From a virus, in IMG/VR virus record IMGVR_UViG_3300007734_000758: DNA of 64,000 bases, one strand, 5' to 3'. The notes beneath the pieces were generated by a model. It was not told the origin of the DNA, made no database searches, and worked only from the letters and a program-made list of their open reading frames with translations. Shown piece by piece: positions 18,539-29,567 of this stretch (position 1 is its first letter; every line of letters starts with the position of its first letter). Both the position numbers and the translations under genes were made by a program.

Positions 18539-18745
18539 TTAATTATACAAATTATATATAAGGTCGTTTAAGTTAGTGTATGAACTCCCACCGTCTATCG
18601 TTACAGACAGGTCTAACCAAATAAATCCTCGGTCCGTAGGTATCGATACTTGTGAGTCCGATATAATCTCATATGAATTACCATCGAAATAATATTCTAA
18701 ACCACGCATCAAAAATCCGCCATCGATCTTTTCTATGTTAAGCAT
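18539..18745 (-). CDS. Small tail-fibre accessory protein
   Basis: 68 aa, overlaps the stop of the large fibre gene. Confidence 0.5.
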   Translation of the reverse strand: MLNIEKIDGGFLMRGLEYYFDGNSYEIISDSQVSIPTDRGFIWLDLSVTIDGGSSYTNLNDLIYNLYN

Positions 18746-21700
18746 ATTCCGTTATCCTCACTTTATATACACATGATATATCTAGAGCACTAGCATTTTG
18801 TGCAGAAAATAGAAAATATAAATCTGAAGAATCATCAACCGTAACCGTCGTATTGGGATTGACACCACCCAGGACATTATAATCTGACGTAAGTGTCGTC
18901 GTGGTGCTCGCAATTAGACCGACAGTGCCCATCTTTTGCATATCACGAGCTAGTTTGAGAGAGCCTTGGCCGGCAGTCAATGACTGTATTCCTAATTGTG
19001 TTGCTCCGGTCAATGAATCGGTTGTATTTATGTGTGCTCTATACGCTATAGAACCGCTGGTACCCGCAACCCGTAATGCTGACCATACAATCTCGATGGT
19101 TGAATTTGTGCGTAGAGTATTTGCTGGTACTAATATTGAAACACTACTAGTAGCGGCCGTTCCGCCGGTCACATTTGATCCGGTACCCGGAAACGCGCCT
19201 ATAAGTCTAGGGCCTGGAAAGTTGGATGCATAACTTGCAGTTCCTACTAGAGCACCGACGAAATACGAAGCCGTTAACGCATTCTGTGTTGGATTATACT
19301 GCAATCCAGTATCTATGCCTAACGGTCGTGATCCAGATCCGGCAGATAGCACTACGTAGAATTGGTTGGGGCTAGACTCTTGCGATCCAATCTCCGATTC
19401 TTTTGCAAGATTTGCATATGATGCAGTCACTGCAAAGTCTGCGGTTCCTACCAAATCTCCCTTAAAATATGAAGCAGTCACTGCATTCTGTGTAGCATTG
19501 TACCTCAATCCGGAATCTACATATAATGGCCTAGAACCAGCACCATCTACAAATACAGGAAGGTATGGACCATTGCCGGTATTCTGTGATGTTATCAACG
19601 ACTCTGCTGACATTATTGCATATGATGAGGTAACAGCGAAACTTGAAGTTCCTAATAATGATCCGGTTACTCCTCCCGTTATTCCTAACGAGCCGGTTAT
19701 TTGGTAATTCCCGGTTAATATCTTTTTATTGACCCATTTACCGGACGCATTATCATAAATAAGAAGATCACCATCAAGTATAGAAGCGACTGCTACATCG
19801 GTTAGTGCTGATAGTGTGGTTGAAGTACCTCCGGTACCGCCTCCGCCAACACCAGTCGCTGCTCGGAATAGAGGCGCCTGTACTATCTTATTATTACCAG
19901 TATCTAATAAGTCTGTTGTGTTCCCACGAACTAGTAAGTACGCCGAAAGAACATAAGCATTTTTAGTTGATACATCCTCCGTAAATGGATCTGATGCTAA
20001 ACCAGAAATAGCTTCATTTAATGTACTATATACAGACTGCCCGTAGTATACGTGAGCTCTTCCCGATATCGGATTTACAGTAACTCGTTGTATACTCCAG
20101 TTATTATTTCCTACAGTCTGTAAAATACCAGAACCGTTATCATAATTGACCGGGTCGATTTCTGTGTAATATGCGCCGGCGTTATTATCAAATTTATATC
20201 CAGAACCACTACGGTATATCCTAATAATACTTGCAGTGGGGAACGATGAGTTTTGCGTATAAGTACTCGGAAAATCAGGCGTATATTGGTAGTATCCACC
20301 CATATTAAACGCTTCACCGTTAGATACGTTTAATCTTAAAGTACCCGTCTGACCCGAAATCTCAAATCCTGAAATCTTTAATGGGCCCAGTGCCCTAATT
20401 AAGACATTCTGCTGAGCATCTATATCATAATTTGTAGTTATGTTAGCGGAAACACCATTAATAGTAGAGCTGTTATAATGCGATACGCGACCTAACGGAA
20501 TATAATTATGATACTCTTCCGGCGTAAAGAATGTAGATTGCTGATTAATACTGCCATTGCTACCTACATATACATACGTATTTTGTGTCGTGGCAATATT
20601 CGTTACGGGCACGGTTTGTGTGGGCCATGTTACATATATAACCGTCGGGCCTATTTCAGAACCACTAGTAGCATTATGATTTACGATTAAGCCGGATCCA
20701 GATGAAACTGAGAATTGGTTTGTGGATCCACTGTATGATAATACACCACCATATAATATGCCCGTGTTTAACATTCCCTCAAACCATTTCCATTTGACTA
20801 GATTTCCATCCTGTCGTATATATAGGTCCCGTCCCAATGATGTATTAGAAGAACTAACAAATAGGAAAGTATTTTGTGCATCTAAACCATTCGGGTCTGG
20901 ATCTTGTGTGGGTTTAAAATCTATAGCACCACTAATGATAACTGTCTGATGCAATGGATTTACATAGGATGCAGTCAATGCGTATGAAGCGGATACCGCT
21001 ATTAACGACCAATGTAAATGACCAGTACCGTCATTCTGCAAGAAAGTACCCCAAATACCGGAACCGGATGGTAAATATATGTTATCTGAAACTCCGTTCG
21101 GTTCCCGATATATTGAGGTAGTACCAGATCCAGAAGTAATTCGTATTACGCCCGGCTCTATTTTAGTATATGTATCAGCTAAACTACCAGAGAGCTCAAT
21201 AGTACCAGGACCTAATTTTAGAGGTCCTTCAGTATCATTCCTAATTTCTATTAAACCGGGAGTTATATCTACTACACCACCACCAGTCAACTCTGCCGGA
21301 TTTCCCACATCATCACGTATCGTGATTCCGGTGCCGGTAGTCTTACCGAGAAGTTTGGTGTTACCACCAGAAAAATTAGGTCCGTATACTATGGTCTCTA
21401 ACGCTGCCTGGTTGGATTGATAATCGAAATATTGAAACTTAAAAATCTGTTCTGTATTATCGTATATCGGATCTATCTTAGTCAGTAATCTAGCATAATT
21501 AGGTGAAAACCCGTTTTCTACCGGAACTATTATTTGAATTCGATTGAACGCCCAGCGACCTGAACGTATTACAAATACCGGTCGTATTTGTCCGTTACCT
21601 AGTGCCTTAAAATCAAAAATCGCATCATCAAACTTCGCATCCGTTCCTTCCAAACTACCGACATATACACCATACTGAGAAGTTAAATTCTCCGTATCGA

Positions 21701-23318
21701 GTATTCCGGTTCGATATTTGCTAGGCCCAAGTAAAATATTTTTACTTCCACTTAAGAAAACATCAACCCTAGGCGTCGGATATCTTGAAGAAACCATATC
21801 GGCACTAGCTTCAGCATATGCACCAAAACGCAAACTATATTGTGTATCTCGATAGATTGTGGGAGTGTATTCTACTTTAGGAGCAAATTCGACATATGAA
21901 TTGTTATAGTATGCAAATCCTAATCCACCCGTGCCACCAATACGAATCCCGTCAATTATATTATCGTCTACTGCCCTAACTCGAACGGTGAACGTACCAT
22001 CTACGTTATAATAACTGCTTGAAAAATATGTATCGATACTTCCAGTGTATATATTAGATAGTTCAACCTCTTGAATACCTGAAGCGATACTGGCAGTAAT
22101 TCTGTTTTTGTCGCGTAGAATATTATACGGGACTAAAACAGTTTCTCCATTATCAATAAAATCACCGAAAAGACCCGTGGGCTTATAATAAGTTCGTATC
22201 TTATAGATTGAACCACCTCCAGGAGCTAAATCAGTAAATTCACAATCCACAAATGATGCGGTGTAACTACTTGCAGTGGCGTTGGTGCGCAACTTAATAT
22301 AACTAGCAGTAATGTTGGTACTCGCTTCAAATGAATTGATAGTTGTGGTCTTCGTTGTACCATCAGTTGCTACGTATGAAAACGTGTACTTAAATGGATT
22401 ATCTACATTTATGGTAGATGAATTCACTACATCTATAATTGATGCAGAGTATACAATTGTAGCCGGATCATGTAATGCAGGATTTGCAATATCGCCCGGT
22501 AAATATTTTGTTACCTTTGCGTTTCTAACAATAACCTTTCCGCCCACCATATCTTTAGTGAAAGTGAATCCAGAAGATTTTATAGAATTGCTTCCCAAAC
22601 CACTAACGGTAATATACTCGCCACTAGTAGCCAATGCACCAGCAACGGTAGGTCGTGCCTGTATATTACGTTTATATGTAGTATCTAACTGTGCCTCAAT
22701 AAACTCGTTAGAACGACGATTACCAGACAATACATTTTCTGAACGTATGTATGATTGTAATTGAAATGTAGCCGTTCCAGATCCGGTTACAGTAGCGTCA
22801 ATTGAACTTCCAGATGCAGGCACAACATACGGTACGGTTCTTTCACGAATTGTAACCGTAGGGCGCTGGGTAAATATGATTTCGGTACTGTTCTTTGTAA
22901 CGGGAGAAACTTCCAAATCTGCGTACCAGACCACATTTAATTCGTTGCTCTGAGGACTCAAGATCTCCCCGTTAAGCCCTTCGCGTGCAACTGAAGCCAG
23001 GTATATACGGGCCGGGCCCGGAGCTGAATCTGGGTAAATATGGATAGAAATCGAGCGTGATTTATCACTGCCTACATAATTGAGTACTTCGTGATATATC
23101 GTGTTCCCGGCAGCATCAATTAGCTCAACTAGAACGGGCGCACCTGTCACCAACGTTCCTGATTTGGGAGCTAGCTTTAACAGATTTTTACCGGAGGTTA
23201 ACAGCTTCGGCAACGAGACGATGTTGAAATACTTTGGTGATAAATCACTAGTATCAACTACATCTGCGGTTTGGATTAGATTAGATAGATATAACGGATT
23301 AAGTTGCTGTTTAACCAT
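18738..23318 (-). CDS. Large baseplate/tail-fibre protein (1526 aa)
   Basis: S/T/G-rich beta composition; LSALTDV...DGDLLIYDNASGKWVN fibre motif; duplicated ~60-aa segment near the C-terminus. Confidence 0.7.
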   Translation of the reverse strand: MVKQQLNPLYLSNLIQTADVVDTSDLSPKYFNIVSLPKLLTSGKNLLKLAPKSGTLVTGAPVLVELIDAAGNTIYHEVLNYVGSDKSRSISIHIYPDSAPGPARIYLASVAREGLNGEILSPQSNELNVVWYADLEVSPVTKNSTEIIFTQRPTVTIRERTVPYVVPASGSSIDATVTGSGTATFQLQSYIRSENVLSGNRRSNEFIEAQLDTTYKRNIQARPTVAGALATSGEYITVSGLGSNSIKSSGFTFTKDMVGGKVIVRNAKVTKYLPGDIANPALHDPATIVYSASIIDVVNSSTINVDNPFKYTFSYVATDGTTKTTTINSFEASTNITASYIKLRTNATASSYTASFVDCEFTDLAPGGGSIYKIRTYYKPTGLFGDFIDNGETVLVPYNILRDKNRITASIASGIQEVELSNIYTGSIDTYFSSSYYNVDGTFTVRVRAVDDNIIDGIRIGGTGGLGFAYYNNSYVEFAPKVEYTPTIYRDTQYSLRFGAYAEASADMVSSRYPTPRVDVFLSGSKNILLGPSKYRTGILDTENLTSQYGVYVGSLEGTDAKFDDAIFDFKALGNGQIRPVFVIRSGRWAFNRIQIIVPVENGFSPNYARLLTKIDPIYDNTEQIFKFQYFDYQSNQAALETIVYGPNFSGGNTKLLGKTTGTGITIRDDVGNPAELTGGGVVDITPGLIEIRNDTEGPLKLGPGTIELSGSLADTYTKIEPGVIRITSGSGTTSIYREPNGVSDNIYLPSGSGIWGTFLQNDGTGHLHWSLIAVSASYALTASYVNPLHQTVIISGAIDFKPTQDPDPNGLDAQNTFLFVSSSNTSLGRDLYIRQDGNLVKWKWFEGMLNTGILYGGVLSYSGSTNQFSVSSGSGLIVNHNATSGSEIGPTVIYVTWPTQTVPVTNIATTQNTYVYVGSNGSINQQSTFFTPEEYHNYIPLGRVSHYNSSTINGVSANITTNYDIDAQQNVLIRALGPLKISGFEISGQTGTLRLNVSNGEAFNMGGYYQYTPDFPSTYTQNSSFPTASIIRIYRSGSGYKFDNNAGAYYTEIDPVNYDNGSGILQTVGNNNWSIQRVTVNPISGRAHVYYGQSVYSTLNEAISGLASDPFTEDVSTKNAYVLSAYLLVRGNTTDLLDTGNNKIVQAPLFRAATGVGGGGTGGTSTTLSALTDVAVASILDGDLLIYDNASGKWVNKKILTGNYQITGSLGITGGVTGSLLGTSSFAVTSSYAIMSAESLITSQNTGNGPYLPVFVDGAGSRPLYVDSGLRYNATQNAVTASYFKGDLVGTADFAVTASYANLAKESEIGSQESSPNQFYVVLSAGSGSRPLGIDTGLQYNPTQNALTASYFVGALVGTASYASNFPGPRLIGAFPGTGSNVTGGTAATSSVSILVPANTLRTNSTIEIVWSALRVAGTSGSIAYRAHINTTDSLTGATQLGIQSLTAGQGSLKLARDMQKMGTVGLIASTTTTLTSDYNVLGGVNPNTTVTVDDSSDLYFLFSAQNASALDISCVYKVRITEYA

Positions 23319-23328
23319 ATATCTATAA

Positions 23329-26300
23329 TTATGGTTCGAACATCAATTTAGAGTATCCATTTTCTTTATGTAATTCGATGTGCTTATCTGCCATGTCTCT
23401 AGATGAATCTATGTGAGAAATCATCATTATAAACTGAAATTGTGTCTTTAAATATTCGAACATTATTCCGATTGTAGTTAACATCGTACTATCTAAATTA
23501 CCTAAACCTTCATCAATCACTAAGAAGTTGGTTCTGGGTAATGCGGATATGTTTATTAGTGAGGTTCGTATTGCAAGAGATGAAATAAACCGTTCCATAC
23601 CGGAAACCAATTCTATCGGCCATACATTATCATCATCATAAACAATATACCCGTTGATATTCTTTCCATCCGTATTGAGAAGGATATTGAAATCTACTAT
23701 CTCACTTAAAATGTTATTGATTTCAAATTCTAATTTAGGTAATGCCTTCTCAATCAACTGATATGGAATACCATCCCTACTCACACATTCTAAATAGTAT
23801 TGATATGCAGTGTGCAGGATTTCTAAACGTTGCAGTTCCTCCATACCTGCATTGGCAGCTGCTAATTCTTTCTCAGTGACTGCCATCTGTATACCAAGAC
23901 GATTAACTGCTTCATTTAATAAATCATAATCAGTCTGTGCTTTATTACGTTCATCACGCAATTCTACCAATTGACGGTTTATATCATCGTTCCAGACTAT
24001 TGAAGATTCCTGCTGAATAGATTTTTGTAAGCGTTCGTTTAAAACGTTCAATTGGATATTTTCTTTTTCACGGTCAGAATTTAAATGTTTAATTTCTGAC
24101 TCCTTTTTATGTATCGAGAATTCTAATGAACGAATGGTATTCTCTAACTCAGTAACCAATTTACGTTTCTCTGCCACTCTTGAACTAGAAACCACATCAC
24201 GTAAAGTAACCAATTCATCCTCAATCCGTCGTAAATCATTTGATAAATCAGGTAATTGATTTTTAGCATCATTTGCCTGTTGCACAAACGTATTTCGAAT
24301 ACAATACTCGCATTCAGGATCATATTCATGATTCTTAAGAGTATCGATTAAATCATTACAATGTTTTATTTTAGAGGATAATTGCAACGATTGTTTCTCT
24401 AAACGATTTATCTCCGTTTTGGCGCTATTTAATTGATTTTCTTCTGTCACCAACGCATCAAAATTTATTGATCCGATCTTTTCCTTTAAGGAATCATAAT
24501 CCGTTTGAAATCCAGAAAGTACTACATTAGCCGTTTCTATATCTGAGTTGATTGCTTCAATCTTTGAAACTATTGCAGCAATCTCATTACGTATCAATTC
24601 CGGCTTTTTTAGTGTGTTGTCAATTGATTTTAGTTTAGACGTAGTGTCTAACAATAAATCATTCAATTCATTTAATAACGACTCAGCATCAGAACGTTCT
24701 TCACGCTTATCATCCAATGCTGCAGAATATTGACGTATTAATACTTCTAAGTCTTTGATCTTAGATGAATAATTTTGTAGGTTTGCCTGTTTTAAAAGAG
24801 TCGCCGTATCTTTTATCTCTTCATTCGCAACAGAATAGAGATTTTCAAATATATTGATATCAAGGAAAGAAGCCAATAATTCTTTACGTTCACGTTGACT
24901 CTTATCAATAAATCCGGAGTTATTATTTTGTACTGAGTATGCCGTAATCACAAAATCTTCATACTCACCGATATATTGACGTATTATCTTATTGGTCTCA
25001 TCACGTTCCGAACCATTTAATATCTTTAAATCACCGTTATCTTCTACCTGATAGAAGTTAACCATTACCGGAACTTTACCCTGTGCATTACGTTTTCCCC
25101 TACGCTCGATTATATAATCGATCCCATCTATCTCAAACGATAATTGACATGTAAACCAATTCTTTTTATTGTTTAATACATGAATAGATTTAGATGTTCT
25201 CGAACATTTATCAAAACAACAGAATGATAGTGCATCTAATAATGAACTCTTGCCGCTTGCATTGGCGGCAAACAATCCATACATACCAGACATATTTTGA
25301 AAGTCTATATAATTGTCTTCTCCATATGAAAACATATTACTAAATTCAAATCGTTTCGGTATCCATACAATATTCCTTGATATCTGTAAATCAGTCAATT
25401 TAGAATTAGTCACTCGGTTGATGTGACGGATACCGTCTAATATTTCACTACCTAAAACGTATTTATCGCTCAAGTACGAAGTGATAAGTTTATTCTGAAC
25501 CTCGACATCGCGGATATTTATTGCATCGTTTTTATTGATATTCGAAGCGTCATTCGAAACACGAATCTTCTGTATGGATATCTCTTCTACTTTACGTTTT
25601 GTTTTTATTTCAGCGATGATAGAGGAAAGTACAGATGCGTCTGTATTTGTTACCCGTACACGAAGTCTGGGACGTTTAGGAATTGTATCTGACCAATTGG
25701 TCAATACACCATCCACAACATCCAGAGTATAATAACCATAATCATTTTTTATATCAACTGACAGTTGTGAATGTTTCTCTAAGTCCCACACCATCAATCC
25801 ATGCGCATCCAGCGTTTCCCCATGTGACTGTTGAATTAATGATCCACAATATGCAATAGAAGGCGCTTTGGGAGTTTCAGAGTATAATTGAAGGAACTGC
25901 CTTTTGTGTATATCTCCTAAAAGTACTAAATCGTGTCCATCAAATAATTCTTTAGTTACATTTAGATTAGACAATTCAATACCCAGATCTGTTTGGGCTT
26001 GATGTAATGCCCCGTGATGTAATGCAATTTTATACTCCGCATCAAACTTATCTGCCAGAATAAAATCTTTCGGAGAATCAAAAACAGACATCACATTAAA
26101 TGCTATCCCACCCATTCGGTATATACCAGTATCAATCCAATAATATAAATTCGGTAATTGTAAGGCATTAATTATAGGAGTGAGTGCATCTAATCGATTT
26201 GTATTATTTAGATTACAATCGTGGTTTCCTGGTATAACAATTGTAGGCGCGATTGCTGCGAGTGATCTAAAGAATTCAGACACCACCGATACTAATTCTG

Positions 26301-26505
26301 GGGAAATATCTGTCTTAGAATGCACGATGTCTCCCGCTACATAGATAACGGACGAATCTGTCTTTTTCTTTTGGATATATGTGTATAAACGATTGAATAC
26401 CTGTTCATACTCTTTGTGGCGTTTTAGATTTCTAACATGGATATCACCAATATGGAATATATGCGAAATCTTTTCTATACCACACTCTATCGTAATGTCT
26501 TTCAT
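23329..26505 (-). CDS. Mre11/SbcD nuclease-Rad50/SbcC ATPase fusion (gp47-gp46-like)
   Basis: GDIH, GD, GNHD, LGDIH phosphoesterase motifs; ANASGKS Walker A; CEYC zinc hook in a coiled coil; VSGMER signature; LVIDE Walker B; ISH. Confidence 0.92.
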   Translation of the reverse strand: MKDITIECGIEKISHIFHIGDIHVRNLKRHKEYEQVFNRLYTYIQKKKTDSSVIYVAGDIVHSKTDISPELVSVVSEFFRSLAAIAPTIVIPGNHDCNLNNTNRLDALTPIINALQLPNLYYWIDTGIYRMGGIAFNVMSVFDSPKDFILADKFDAEYKIALHHGALHQAQTDLGIELSNLNVTKELFDGHDLVLLGDIHKRQFLQLYSETPKAPSIAYCGSLIQQSHGETLDAHGLMVWDLEKHSQLSVDIKNDYGYYTLDVVDGVLTNWSDTIPKRPRLRVRVTNTDASVLSSIIAEIKTKRKVEEISIQKIRVSNDASNINKNDAINIRDVEVQNKLITSYLSDKYVLGSEILDGIRHINRVTNSKLTDLQISRNIVWIPKRFEFSNMFSYGEDNYIDFQNMSGMYGLFAANASGKSSLLDALSFCCFDKCSRTSKSIHVLNNKKNWFTCQLSFEIDGIDYIIERRGKRNAQGKVPVMVNFYQVEDNGDLKILNGSERDETNKIIRQYIGEYEDFVITAYSVQNNNSGFIDKSQRERKELLASFLDINIFENLYSVANEEIKDTATLLKQANLQNYSSKIKDLEVLIRQYSAALDDKREERSDAESLLNELNDLLLDTTSKLKSIDNTLKKPELIRNEIAAIVSKIEAINSDIETANVVLSGFQTDYDSLKEKIGSINFDALVTEENQLNSAKTEINRLEKQSLQLSSKIKHCNDLIDTLKNHEYDPECEYCIRNTFVQQANDAKNQLPDLSNDLRRIEDELVTLRDVVSSSRVAEKRKLVTELENTIRSLEFSIHKKESEIKHLNSDREKENIQLNVLNERLQKSIQQESSIVWNDDINRQLVELRDERNKAQTDYDLLNEAVNRLGIQMAVTEKELAAANAGMEELQRLEILHTAYQYYLECVSRDGIPYQLIEKALPKLEFEINNILSEIVDFNILLNTDGKNINGYIVYDDDNVWPIELVSGMERFISSLAIRTSLINISALPRTNFLVIDEGLGNLDSTMLTTIGIMFEYLKTQFQFIMMISHIDSSRDMADKHIELHKENGYSKLMFEP

Positions 26506-27437
26506 GAATTAAACATTTCTAAAATTTGTTTACTAAATAGGTCGCTACGGTCCATTATTTTAGCGTCCCTAATATATTTTACCATGCCCTCAAATCCTAT
26601 CTCAGACGGGTCCTTTTGATGCAAATCAACAAAATAAACATTCTTTCCCATAGCCATAAATTCTTCAGCGAATTCCAACGCATCTGCTCTCGCATCTAAA
26701 TCAAGGCAAATATAGATTTCATTTACATCCTCTTCTAGGATCTTAAACCGAAGTGCATCGGGTACTGTTTTACCGAATAACGGAATTGCATTCCTTCGAA
26801 CTGCAATCGCATCAAATGCTCCCTCAACCAAAACTATCGGGAGTGACCAATTTATGAATGATTCGAACCCGATAATATCCTTACTTATTTTAGGATTTTT
26901 ATGTTTGTGTTTATCATCTTTATAAAAGGCCCTGGATACAAAGAAATTCAGTCTACCGCGTGAATCATAACTCGGAATAATAATTTTTCCTGAATACGGG
27001 CCTTCTGTGCAGTATCCTATTCTATACCTAACAATCTCTTCGGGAGTTATTCCTCGATTCAACATGTAATGTACTGCATTCCTATAATGCGGTGATGCCA
27101 TATTCGGAACCCACAATGGTTCATATTCATATGGAAGAATTGCAGTTTCTTTAGTATCATCTGCTGCCTCTACATAGACACCATTACTGAGTATTTTTGT
27201 TAACTCCTTACGTATTTCTTTCGGAGCCTTTGCTTTAGACAGTAATGTATATAAACTTTTACCGGAAGTATTACATACCCAACAGCGCCAATGCTGTAAT
27301 TGGATATGCACTTGCAACTTCTTTTTATGGTGAGTGCAGAACGGACAATAGAAACTAACATCCGTTTTACTTACAGTTGAAGCATCTCCTAGAACTCGTT
27401 CGAGTAACGATACAATCTCTTGGGTATTATCCAACAT
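26502..27437 (-). CDS. DNA primase (DnaG-like)
   Basis: CPFCTH...CWVC Zn finger; VEGAFD and LDLD TOPRIM motifs. Confidence 0.88.
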   Translation of the reverse strand: MLDNTQEIVSLLERVLGDASTVSKTDVSFYCPFCTHHKKKLQVHIQLQHWRCWVCNTSGKSLYTLLSKAKAPKEIRKELTKILSNGVYVEAADDTKETAILPYEYEPLWVPNMASPHYRNAVHYMLNRGITPEEIVRYRIGYCTEGPYSGKIIIPSYDSRGRLNFFVSRAFYKDDKHKHKNPKISKDIIGFESFINWSLPIVLVEGAFDAIAVRRNAIPLFGKTVPDALRFKILEEDVNEIYICLDLDARADALEFAEEFMAMGKNVYFVDLHQKDPSEIGFEGMVKYIRDAKIMDRSDLFSKQILEMFNS

Positions 27438-27473
27438 ATATGAAGTATAATAAAAACACTTGTAACATCAAAA

Positions 27474-27887
27474 TTATTTTAACCACTCTTTGGGTATTTC
27501 TTTCTCAGCCCAAACAATTCCATGCTTATCGCAGAACTGCCCATATGTGGTCTTACTATTTTTTGATATCCGTGTTTTTGCAGAAACGAAAACAATTCTA
27601 ATATCCAATTCAGGATGCTGTTCTTTAATGAGTAGGTGTTTCTTCCTGTCCTCTGCTTCCCAACGTCCCTTACTTTCAATAAGAATTCCGTTCGGTAAAG
27701 TAAAATCAACTCTATAATTGTGTTTACTTTCCGGAACAATATAAGGAATTGTTGTTATTTCATAAATTTCAGAAGCAGGAATTTTATGCTCAACTAATTG
27801 TTTTGCTATTTTAGATTCAAAACCACTCTTAAAGCCTTCCCGTATTGCTTTTTTTCTTACTTTGGATCGAGAATTCCATCCGCCCAT
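27474..27887 (-). CDS. T7 endonuclease I-like Holliday junction resolvase
   Basis: FKSGFE, YRVDFTLPNGILIESKGRW, DRKKHLLIKEQHPELDIRIVF. Confidence 0.88.
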   Translation of the reverse strand: MGGWNSRSKVRKKAIREGFKSGFESKIAKQLVEHKIPASEIYEITTIPYIVPESKHNYRVDFTLPNGILIESKGRWEAEDRKKHLLIKEQHPELDIRIVFVSAKTRISKNSKTTYGQFCDKHGIVWAEKEIPKEWLK

Positions 27888-27904
27888 ATAACCTTCTTTT
27901 GTTT

Positions 27905-29551
27905 TTATGTATCAAATCTGACGATAAAGTTTAAATCAATATCATCACGTTTTTGTATCGGTTGTGCCATTTTCGCAACGGCTACCATTTCATTCTTATC
28001 ATTATATAATCCAATTGTACTTATATATGGTTTCAATGACCCGGTCCTAAAATCGCCAGAAATCAAATCAGAATCTGGTGACTGCAATACTGTAGGATTA
28101 AATGATAAATTAAATGTATCTTTAGGCACGCGTACTAAGATTTCATGTTCATAAATACGCTGGGATCCATTATAGTTTAAGGTCCATGTATTATTTAAAA
28201 CATCTGTATTTGAATATTTCGCATGCGGGCTAGAAATAACTATATTTCCTGAACGGTAGAAAACATTTCCTACAACGTTAGTTTGAAATAACGATCCAGA
28301 CAGGTAATGTGCATTGGCTAATGAACTAACTTGGTCCGTGGTTAGTGCGGTATTGTACATCCTAATTTCTGCCATCGATCCACTAAATCCGTTAGAACCG
28401 CTTATATTTAATGCGCCGAATATTATATCGGAATTGTTATATGTTTGGTGCACAGTAGAATCAGTTATTGTCTTATCTAAAGCACCGTTTACGTACAACT
28501 CAATATTACTTCCGGTTTTCTGTACTACGTAATGCCTATAGGTATTGTCATCTACAAACATTGATGAAGAAATAGCCACTGTATTCGAACCATCTGACCT
28601 TTCTACTAATAAGCGTTTACTGGTACTATTACTCATACCAATAAAGAACGGGTATCTATTTCTAAAGATATTTTTCTTAGAAGTCTTAATAATATCTCGT
28701 TTTAATCCCAATTCAGTTACTGTTTCCGTGCCCTGCTTGGAAACCATATACATTCGATTTGGAATTGAATCATTGGATATTTTAGCCCAAAATGATATTG
28801 CCCAGTTTTTATCTTTTGCCCACTTAAAATTATCATTATTATCTGTTGCAATATAACTAGTAGAACCGTTAAAGTTTGCAACCAATCCGTGATACGATCC
28901 GGTAGTCCCACTTGAAGTCAATCCAGTAGTATATATAATATCCTTTACTGTCGCTGGCACTAACGGATCAAATACATTACTTTGATACTCTAAAGTATTT
29001 TTTACGGGAGTACCGGTTACTGTCTTTATATAACGGTATTCGTTATTGAATGACCAATATCCCAATAAATTACTACTCGGAGCAAAATTAGTGATACTGA
29101 TTGCGGAATCTTCGAGGTTACCGTATTTATCATCTTGTAGATAGAACTGCGTACCTGCACTAGTAGATCCGGTTATCACAACGCTCTCACTCTTTATCTT
29201 TTCACCCATCAACAGGTATGGTACAGATATTAAACTAGCGGAGTAGAATAATGTTTTCGTAGTGCGGCTCGGAACATAATGCTCCATAGTTCCATATGGT
29301 TCATACGGCAATTCATAGTATAGTTGATTGATTGAATTCCAAATTAATGGTTGAAAAGTACCATCAGAATTGGTTAAATAGTTAGATGAACTGATTTCCG
29401 GTGCAGCATAGTTGAATACTGCTTTGTATACAGAATAACCACTCGAAGTCGTTGCACTGATATTAGTTGCAACAAAGGATGGGTGGGCAGTACGGGCTCG
29501 TCTCTGATAATCTCCTCCACGTATAGGTCGAAATGTTAACAATCCCGGCAT
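27905..29551 (-). CDS. Baseplate/tail protein with LamG (concanavalin A-like) domain
   Basis: AISFWAK, RHYVV, LYVNG, FSGSMAEIRMYNTALT; C-terminal IGLYND...VAVAK. Confidence 0.7.
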   Translation of the reverse strand: MPGLLTFRPIRGGDYQRRARTAHPSFVATNISATTSSGYSVYKAVFNYAAPEISSSNYLTNSDGTFQPLIWNSINQLYYELPYEPYGTMEHYVPSRTTKTLFYSASLISVPYLLMGEKIKSESVVITGSTSAGTQFYLQDDKYGNLEDSAISITNFAPSSNLLGYWSFNNEYRYIKTVTGTPVKNTLEYQSNVFDPLVPATVKDIIYTTGLTSSGTTGSYHGLVANFNGSTSYIATDNNDNFKWAKDKNWAISFWAKISNDSIPNRMYMVSKQGTETVTELGLKRDIIKTSKKNIFRNRYPFFIGMSNSTSKRLLVERSDGSNTVAISSSMFVDDNTYRHYVVQKTGSNIELYVNGALDKTITDSTVHQTYNNSDIIFGALNISGSNGFSGSMAEIRMYNTALTTDQVSSLANAHYLSGSLFQTNVVGNVFYRSGNIVISSPHAKYSNTDVLNNTWTLNYNGSQRIYEHEILVRVPKDTFNLSFNPTVLQSPDSDLISGDFRTGSLKPYISTIGLYNDKNEMVAVAKMAQPIQKRDDIDLNFIVRFDT

Positions 29552-29567
29552 TCATTTATTTTTTATT

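Noticed and set aside
7767-23318. Diversity-generating retroelement acting on tail fibres
   Set aside because: No reverse transcriptase in the window and no TR/VR pair with adenine-specific differences seen; the 43-bp duplication differs only at two synonymous sites.
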